Source: Emiliania huxleyi CCMP1516 (Eukaryota). Taken from it: a stretch of 64,000 bases of DNA. The stretch spans positions 250,853-314,852 of the forward strand of contig NW_005201165.1 of the NCBI RefSeq assembly GCF_000372725.1, in the 5' to 3' direction. The translations under genes were made by a program, and so were the position numbers. Below are positions 56,686 through 64,000 of this stretch, piece after piece. The notes beneath the pieces are model-generated. The model was not told the origin of the DNA. It searched no databases and saw only the letters and a list, made by a program, of their open reading frames with translations. Position 1 is the first letter of the stretch. Each line of letters starts with the position of its first letter.

Positions 56686-57859
56686 TCAGCCGACCGCCTC
56701 CATCGCAGCTGGCGCCTCTGCTGGGGCGGAGGTGGGACCGTCGCGCGTGGAGACGACCTCATCGATGAGCCCAAACTCGCGCGCCTGCTCGGGCGACATG
56801 AAGTGGTCCCGCTCCTTTGCCGATGCAATCTCCTCCACCTGCGGGGCCGGAGGCGAACGGGTGCATGCGGGGGCGGGCGGTGGGCCGGCGAGGACACGAG
56901 TCACACGCCACTCAATGCGATGCAGCGCAGAGACTAGGGGCACCGCGATCTGCTCGCAGCGGCGGCCTCCGGAGGGATGCAGCGACTCTCTCTCCCGCGT
57001 CTCTCCTAAAGGGGCGGCTCGACCGTCCGGCCGCTGTGCGCCGCGTAGAGCCCGACCAGCCTGCGTGCCGGCCGCGCAGAGGGGTGGTGTGAGAGCACGA
57101 GATGGGGTGAGAGGCGGGAGGCGGAGCTGCTGAGGAGAGGCTGGGCGGCGCGGAGCTGCTCAAGGGGCAGCTGCGCGGAACCAGAGGTTTGCGTCTGTGC
57201 TTTCGGCGGTGGGCACGCCGCCCCTCGAGTCCGGCCAGACGCGCGGCAGACTGCGTGTGGGGGCGCACCGCTGCTCGGGCGTCGGTATGGCGCAAGAAGC
57301 GCTCGTCTCTCGTCTCTCGATGGTCGTCTCTCGATAAGCTGCTCACCTCTCTCGCGTCATCAGGATCTCTCGAGCGTGGATCTCGATGTCGGTCGCCTGA
57401 GACGGAGACGCCGCCCGAAGGCTGGTGGATCATCCCGCGCGAGGTTGGCAGCGCCCGCCGCATGCCCGGCGCGCCGGCTGCGAGCAGCAGCGACCCCATC
57501 GAGCACGCCTGCCCGACACATAACGTGGCGACCGGCGGCCGCACGAACTGCATGGTGTCGTAGATGGCGAGGCCGGCGGTGACCACGCCGCCGGGCGAGT
57601 TGATGTACATGTAGATGGGCTTCTCCACCGACTGGGACTCGAGGTACAGCAGCTGCGCCACCACGACGTTGCTCGTATCGTCATGGATCGGCCCGTTGAG
57701 GCAGACGATGCGCTCCTGCAGCAGCCGCGAGAAGATGTCGAAGGCCCGCTCGCCGCGCGGCGTGGACTCGAGCACCATCGGCACCAGGGCCATGCTTCGC
57801 CGCGGCGGCCGCCCGCAGAGCGGCGTGCGGCGACAGGCCGCCGACCGTATCGCCCGCAT
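56686..57859 (-). pseudogene. clpP: ATP-dependent Clp protease proteolytic subunit (mitochondrial-type) with an apparent +1 frameshift
   Basis: [29 protein letters not shown] and MIHQPSGG. The conserved [13 protein letters not shown] lies in a different frame after GTCTCCGTCTCAG (~57400). Later exons give [16 protein letters not shown]...ERDHFMSPEQAREFGLIDEV. Confidence 0.7.
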
Positions 57860-58241
57860 TATTTCGAGTTTGGATAAAAAAAAGCCGACGTGCAGGTGGG
57901 CGGCAGCGGCAACACCAGCACCAGCAGCATCAGCGACCAAGCAGCAGCAGCAAGCATGCGCGAGCACAGCAGTCCTCGGGCATCCCCGAGGTGTGGGGTG
58001 GATGCAAGCGAGACGGAAAGACGGTCACACTGAGGGGGGGGGCGGCAGCAGGAAGGAGCGAGGGCGGCGCGGTGAGCGACACACAGACACACACACAGAC
58101 ACACAGACGCTGCAGCTGCCAGTAGCAGATTTTTCTCTAAAAGCATGTCCGCGAAGCTTGGAGATCCCCAAAACGCGCTGATTCCGCGGTTCCGATTATA
58201 ATAACCGCTGGCCGCTCTACCCCGCGCACGTACTCGTACCA

Positions 58242-59301
58242 ATGCGCGCTGCTGCCCGGGGCGCCTGTCGATCGCTGTCCACCGCTGCGCCGCCCCCGCC
58301 CCTGTCGATGGCCGATAAGGTGCGGGCATTTGGCTCCCTCCTCGGAACTGGCTTGGCCAGTGGCGCTCTTGGCGGGCTGGTTGGGCTTGGGGCCCATGGT
58401 TCCCCCATTATGGTCCCTGCTCTCAAGTCGATGGCAAAGCACTCGGCAGCCACGGCGACGGGCACCGCTGCTGTGGCAGTCGTCTCCACCGGCCTCGCGG
58501 GGTGCCTTGGATTTGCGACGGCGGGGAGCTTTGAGCCATCCAAGGGCATGTTTGGGAAGGTGACTCGGACGCTCTCTAGCTGTCTTTGCTCATTTACTTC
58601 TGCCACTGGTGCTCGGCCCCTCTCCCCAGCCTCGCTTGCCTCACGCCTGCCCGCATGCCCCCCGCCCTTAGATCGAGGTCTTCACCGCCGTGATGACTGG
58701 AGTGGGCGCGGCGATCGGCTCGCGCATCGGCACACCCCTCGCTTCCAAGCTGAACCCACAGCTGCTGCAGCGCTCCTTCGGCGTCGTGCAGCTGGTTCTT
58801 GCGCCGCTCGTACTGTACAAACCGATCTACGACAAGCGGGTCAAGGAGGAGGCGGAGCAGCGGAAGAAGCTGCTCCGCAAGTCGACCACTGTCATCTCCT
58901 GGGGGAAGACATATACCGACGCGTACACCACCGTCGGGCGCTTCGCGGAGGCGGCAGGCAGGTCGCCGCCCATTGGCCTCGCCGCGGGCACCATCTTTGG
59001 CGTCCTCGGCGTCGGCGGCGGCGTCGTTATTGCGCCATGCCTCTGCCTCCTCACCAACCTCGACCACGCGACGGTGCTCGGCACCACTCTCGCAGCAATG
59101 CTCCCGGCCAGCGCCATGACCGCCCTCTCGCACTGGCGCGCGGGCAGCGTGTGCATGTACAGCGCCGTCCCCCTGGTGCTCGCCACGGCGGCGGGCGGCT
59201 ACTACGGGTCGAAGCTTGCCGTCGACCTGCCCGAGGAGCAGACAAAGACGCTCTTCGCCGCGACGATCTTTGGACTCGGCGTGCGCCGCCTCATGCTGTA
59301 G
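58242..59301 (+). CDS. TauE/SafE (sulfite exporter-like) membrane transporter, 2 exons
   Basis: Two G-rich repeats, GLASGALGGLVGLG..G..MVP and GLAAGTIFGVLGVGGGVVIAP, followed by A.GT and GGYYGSKLA. GT-AG intron ~58560-58671; mitochondrial-like presequence. Confidence 0.82.
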
Positions 59302-59828
59302 ACGCGGGGCCGCGCCAAACCTCTCACATATGTGTACGGAGAATCACAAGCGCCGAACGTTGGGCGCTGACATTTGGCGAGAGGGGAGTCGCTACGCCTG
59401 CAGTGGCAGCGGACAATCTCGTTAACGCGGGGGCGTCGCCTCTGTCGTGTGCTCTCTCTGAGACTGTGGAGTCGACTAATAGAGACTGGGTACAAAAAGG
59501 AGAGACCGCGGGTCCCAGCGGCTCTGGCCCTCTAGTCTGGCCCGCGACTCCCGCGGGGCGCGCGATGGCCGATGCGCGCCGCGGCCCGGTCCCGTGCGGG
59601 CTCGCCGTGCGCGCGGGGAGAGAGGCACGGCGCCGCGGGTCTCTCTGTGGGGCGCGGCGCGAGCGACGGTTTTGCAATTTTGCGGGGTATGAGAACACAC
59701 ACGGTGTGGAAAAAGAGGCATGTTGTTAGTGGAAAGCACGCGCCGGGCGCGCGCCGCCGGCACGCTGCACACGAAAAATTGACAGGTGTACCACCTTCGT
59801 AGGTGTGCGTCCGCAACTCGGCAAGTCC

Positions 59829-60356
59829 TCATGCAGCCCCGTCGCCCGGCGTCCCGGAATCCTCGCCTCCGCTGCCTCCGCTGCCGCCGCCGCCGCCGCT
59901 GCCGCCGCCGCTTCCACCACCACTCTCATCATCGCCAGCGCGTCGCTTCTCGAGGATCGGCCGAAGGAGGCGCGAACCCACCGAATAAGCGACGAGCAGA
60001 ACGAGCCCACCAGTCGGCCGCAGCGCCTCGGACGGCCCGAACGGCGTGCCCGCATCATCTTGCTGCTGCTTCACCGAAACCGTCTTCAGAGGCGGCTCTC
60101 CTAGCCATCGTCCGACCGGCGTGTCGCCGAGTGCCAGCGACGTGAGGCCCAGCAGGCCGACGCCAATGAGCCCTCGCGGGTTGGGAACGAGCTCCGACCA
60201 GCCTCCACCGGTTGCTTTTTCCACCTCTTTATCACGCTCTTTGTTTTCGTACAGAAGCACCCTCTGGACCCGGCGAGGCGCGCCGACCCGGACCGAGGAG
60301 AGGCTCAGGCCGCCAGCGAGAGAGGGCAAGCAGCAAAAGCAGAGAAGCAGGCGCAT
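59829..60356 (-). CDS. Hypothetical small membrane protein with signal/plastid-type presequence
   Basis: MRLLLCFCCLPSLAGGLSLSSVRVGAPRRV, two hydrophobic segments and a Gly-Ser-rich tail. Confidence 0.55.
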   Translation of the reverse strand: MRLLLCFCCLPSLAGGLSLSSVRVGAPRRVQRVLLYENKERDKEVEKATGGGWSELVPNPRGLIGVGLLGLTSLALGDTPVGRWLGEPPLKTVSVKQQQDDAGTPFGPSEALRPTGGLVLLVAYSVGSRLLRPILEKRRAGDDESGGGSGGGSGGGGGSGGSGGEDSGTPGDGAA

Positions 60357-60960
60357 CGCAGCCGAAACAAACACCAGTGGAGCAAAAGAATTTTACGACC
60401 TCTCGCGCGCACAACACCGGGATCGCACACGGCAGGGGTGGCGGGACGGTTGTGGAGCGAAGTGGCGGTAGCCAGCCTCAAGCATCGATGGGATAATAAG
60501 ATGAGACTACCAGACGAGAACGGGGGGAAGGACAGGCCCCGGGCGACTTTTGACGACGTCGGGGATCACAATGTGACGACCAAAACGAAGAAGAAGAAGA
60601 GAAAAATCTCTCTCTCTCTCTCTCTCTCTCCCAAAACGATCTTGGGGGCCAGGGTGAGACAACAGGTCGGGGTGCCACATGGGGCACACCACAGGCGTAT
60701 TCTAGAGGGGGGAAAGAAACGGGGAATGAGGGGCCCCGCCACGAGAAATGCGTTCTGGGGATGCAGAGCGTGCAAAGCGGCAAGGGATGAGGCCACAAAA
60801 GAGGCGCGCGAGGCAAGGAGGAGACTCGGAGAACTGAGAGACTGGGACGACTGGACACAAGAAGACAGTGAGCCACCACAGGCGTCGCTAGCGCACATAC
60901 TGAGCGGCAGCTGCGCTGGAAATAGACAGCAATAGTCGAACGGGCGGCGCCGGACTCAAA

Positions 60961-62307
60961 CCGGCACCAACTTGATTCGTAGATGCGCGTCTCACGGCCG
61001 GACCGCGGGACGGGGAGGGAGGGGGGTGGATCCGTAAATCCGTAAGTCCGTAAATCGTGTAACAAAAAACCACGAGAGACTCCCCCGCCGCACCCAGCTA
61101 CAAGGCAGGCAGAGACACAGCACTCGCGACACGCTGAGAAGCCGGAGGCTGGCCTCTCCAATGCTCGCGCAACGCTGTCTGAGTGTCTGTGCACGCGCAG
61201 CAGCTCTCCGGGGTCCGCGCGGGCGGCGCACACAGTGGGAGGGCGACGACCGTGCGACTGTAACGCTACGTATATCTCTTAACAATCACTATATTCGCGC
61301 TTGCGCTGCGCCCCTGCGAGTGCGACTATCAACCTCTGTCGCGTGCGCATATAATCCCCTCCATCTTGTCGTACAGCCTTGACCTCTCCGCCTCTGCGGC
61401 ATCAGCGCGCCTCGCCTCTGCCTCCATCGAAATCTGCAGCGCGACGAGCTGCTCGCGCAGCTCGGCCTGGATCTTGGCCCGCATCTCGCCGATACGCCAC
61501 TCACACTCAGCTCGAGCTGCGTGTTTTGCCTCGTCGGCCGTCCGCTCGGCCGCTTTGATGTCGCGTTTAGCAGCCTGCTGCGCTGTCCTCAGGTTGTCGC
61601 GGTCGGAACGCCTACGCTCTTGTGCCGCAGCAAGCTCAGCCCGCGCCGATGCGAGCGCCTTCTTCACAGCGCTCCCAGAGCGCTGTGAAGAAGCGAGCTC
61701 CTTGGTCTGTGACCGCAACTTCTCTTCCAACTCCTGCCGGAGCAGCACCTCAGCACTCGCACTACTCGCGGCTGCATGGATGTCCGAGCCCTTTAGTGTG
61801 GTTTGCGCGTCTGTGCTGACGAGAGTGCGGGAGATGCTGCCGTTGTGCTGACCAGAGATTACGCCAGCGGTGGCAGTGCTGCTTGGGCACACAACAACAT
61901 TGCTCGTGGCCGAGCTGGCATAAACCGCCGCACCAGCCTCTGCGGCTGCAGTGGTGCTTCGGATCGCGTCGAGCACTGCGCCTGTATCGTGCTTGAGCAT
62001 GGCCTCGAGCGTACTGAGGTCGGCTGTCCCGAGCTCGTTGAGCAGACCCTCCAGCACAATGCTGAGCTGCGTCGGTGCCATGTGTCGACGTGTCCAAGGG
62101 AACGGACGTCGCCGAAGGCCTTAGTTCACGCCGAAAAGTACGTCGAACGCCCCCTGCTAGCTGGGGCACGCTCCCACGCGGCTGGGGGCCGCTCTCCAGC
62201 TCGATTAGGGCGCTTTTCGCGCGATTTTACGGAATTACGGATTGGAGGGGGGTGGCGGCACATAGGGGGAGGGGGAGACGCGCATCTACGAATCAAGTTG
62301 GTGCCGG
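60961..62307. mobile_element. Non-autonomous TIR DNA transposon (1.35 kb) nested in the retroelement
   Basis: Perfect 33-bp TIR CCGGCACCAACTTGATTCGTAGATGCGCGTCTC (60961-60993 / 62275-62307), inverted TCCGTAA subterminal repeats, and flanks AAA|...|AAA. Confidence 0.88.
61329..62081 (-). CDS. Hypothetical coiled-coil protein carried inside the TIR element
   Basis: Intact 250-aa ATG-initiated ORF with an Ala/Glu/Arg-rich heptad-like C-terminal half. No DDE motif recognised. Confidence 0.45.
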   Translation of the reverse strand: MAPTQLSIVLEGLLNELGTADLSTLEAMLKHDTGAVLDAIRSTTAAAEAGAAVYASSATSNVVVCPSSTATAGVISGQHNGSISRTLVSTDAQTTLKGSDIHAAASSASAEVLLRQELEEKLRSQTKELASSQRSGSAVKKALASARAELAAAQERRRSDRDNLRTAQQAAKRDIKAAERTADEAKHAARAECEWRIGEMRAKIQAELREQLVALQISMEAEARRADAAEAERSRLYDKMEGIICARDRG

Positions 62308-63261
62308 AAAAGACACCGCCACATTCCTGAGACGCGCGAGGGCAGCCTCCTTAAAGGCAATGGGGTCTAGATTCGGAGCGCTCGCCGAAGGGGAGTACGA
62401 CAAAATAGCGCCCGTGATTGCCTGCACGCTGCCCGCACTCACGGACCCCATACCCGAAAGAAAGAGAGGGGAGCTCGCGGGAGAGGTGACGAGTGAACTA
62501 CAGGTAGTGGGGAAGGCAGCCTCGATTGCCATACAGACATGGGTGCGAAACAACGACAAGACCAAGGCACGGGCAGAGGAACGAGAGAAGAATATAGGGC
62601 GGATAAAGCGCCTGTTCACGGCATGGAGGGTGAGCCCACGCCGAACGTACTGAACGTAGAGCCGAGCGGAAGGAAGAGGGGGAAGACGACTCCGAGGAGG
62701 ACGAACCAGTGGAAATCCCGTTGTCAGCCGTCACGATGCACCCGAAGGGGACCCCAGCGCCGGCATCATCAGTGAAGGCACAAGTGTTCGAAGAGAGAGT
62801 GGACCTGAGCAACGATATGACTGGGTGGCAAATGATCGCAGTGGGCGTCAGAAGACTCGTCCTTGCTCGAGGAGAGCTCGATAGACTCGAGGGGCCAGGA
62901 TATGCAGCGAGGAGGACGGAGCTGCGCCGAAAGGCGCAAGAAGCCGCGAGAGCAAGGGACCGGCAGGCGGCGGCGGCGTCGCAGAACGAGGCAGACGAGA
63001 GCGACGCGACAGAGGAGGAAGCGACAGGAGGGAGAACGACGAGAGTGGGACGACCGCGAGGTGGCATGAAGGTTGCAGCGAGAATCGGCGAGAGACTGCG
63101 AAGAGAGATAGGAAGAGGCGGACGCCCAAGGGTGGGCGACGGCTAGCGCACCACACTCCTCTCTTAAAATCCCTGTGTGGTGGCGGCGTGCCGTCCTCCC
63201 ATCCCTCCCTTGGGTTGTCCGTTTTCTTTCTTTCTTTCTTACACTGGGCACGGGGACTGGC

Positions 63262-63361
63262 NNNNNNNNNNNNNNNNNNNNNNNNNNNNNNNNNNNNNNN
63301 NNNNNNNNNNNNNNNNNNNNNNNNNNNNNNNNNNNNNNNNNNNNNNNNNNNNNNNNNNNNN
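63262..63361. other. Assembly gap (100 N)
   Basis: Run of Ns. Confidence 1.
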
Positions 63362-63634
63362 CGCGCCACCAGTCCCGTGCCCAGTGTTGTGCAAAAGAAA
63401 AGAACACGGTTCTCTATTTATTGATATAATAGGTAGGCTAGTCGTAAGAGGTAGTCGCAGGGTCCTACTGTAGGTTAAGTGTCGATCGATATAAGGCCTG
63501 ATACATGGGTCAAGTCTCTCATCGCTGCCGTCGCTATCGCTTTCGTGCGCAAAGTGCCCTCTGCATTCGCCGAGACAGCCACTGACACCCCATACGCAGA
63601 GACGAACGTGTGTCGTACTCGTAGCGTCAACGGG

Positions 63635-64000
63635 CTAGTCGAAAGGGTCCTCGCCGCCCTGATGCAGCAGCATGTTGCCCAGAAGCTTGAGCTGCATATC
63701 TGCGGGCAGTCCGGGCCCGAGCGGCATGGCAGGCACCGTCTCGGACGATGATGCAGCCGGCGGAGCTGTGCGCTTCGCGGCCTTCTTCTTTCGCGAGCGT
63801 GCCGCTGCAGCTTCCTCCGCCGCAGCCTGCTCCTCCCGTCGCCGCTTCTCCTTCTGTGCCAGCGGCAGCAGCGTTTTCTTCCAGTCCTCGCCCGCCTTTT
63901 GGATACACCTGTCTCGCAGCTTTGTGCTGGCGTCGCTGCCGGGATGCTTCATCGCCGCCTCGAGCAGCGGCATTGCGACGTCACTGCCGAGGTTGTCCAG
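63635..64000 (-). CDS. 3' end of a hypothetical protein running off the window
   Basis: Open frame with coding-like composition (KEKRRREEQAAAEEAAAARSRKKK). No family recognised. Confidence 0.35.
   Translation of the reverse strand: MDNLGSDVAMPLLEAAMKHPGSDASTKLRDRCIQKAGEDWKKTLLPLAQKEKRRREEQAAAEEAAAARSRKKKAAKRTAPPAASSSETVPAMPLGPGLPADMQLKLLGNMLLHQGGEDPFD

Larger units (their letters stand above)
60422..63240 (+). mobile_element. 5'-truncated, decayed non-LTR retrotransposon (family A), interrupted by a DNA transposon
   Basis: ORF remnants include a zinc-knuckle-like CRAC...ASLAHILSGSC and a stop at 63146. A 3' UTR and (TTTC)n tail follow. Near-TSD ACACCGGG (60414-60421) / ACACTGGG (63241-63248). 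Confidence 0.75.

Noticed and set aside
58242..59301. TauE/SafE transporter as part of the sulfatase locus
   Set aside because: About 16 kb away with unrelated genes between, and it has a mitochondrial-like presequence; there is no sequence evidence of linkage.
63241..63392. Inverted motif copies either side of the N gap as a real palindrome or TIR pair
   Set aside because: The 100-N gap is of unknown true size, and contigs often end in repeats, so the arrangement may be an assembly effect.

Overview
GC-rich, intron-containing eukaryotic genomic DNA. Many donors are GC rather than GT and several introns carry 10-11-bp minisatellites. This style is typical of a haptophyte alga such as Emiliania/Gephyrocapsa huxleyi (inferred, not verified). 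About 24 protein-coding genes can be supported: UBC9, an ATAD1/MSP1-like AAA ATPase, phytochelatin synthase, a UCP-like mitochondrial carrier, an OCA1/SIW14-type phosphatase, a ZRANB3-like SNF2-HNH protein, a MORN protein, a cold-shock protein, stomatin-like 2, kinesin-13, a GH31, a macrodomain protein, ribosomal S10, a frameshifted ClpP, a TauE/SafE transporter and others. The main highlights are: (1) a ~992-aa secreted GH16-sulfatase fusion head-to-head (72 bp apart) with a GT77-like glycosyltransferase and about 2 kb from a GH31, resembling a eukaryotic sulfated-polysaccharide remodelling locus; (2) a ~2,300-aa receptor-like protein with ~17 IPT/TIG repeats, a TM helix and a C2 domain; (3) a 77-aa secreted 8-Cys peptide; (4) a dispersed intergenic repeat (GTTAGTGCCAGTGCGCGCCAGTCCCGTGCCCAGTGT...AAAATTCTTTT) that is repeatedly hit by a (TTTC)n-tailed non-LTR retroelement, one copy of which carries a nested TIR transposon; and (5) several MITEs, two with perfect 8-bp TSDs. 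A 100-N gap lies at 63262-63361. Exon structures were derived by eye and need RNA-seq confirmation.
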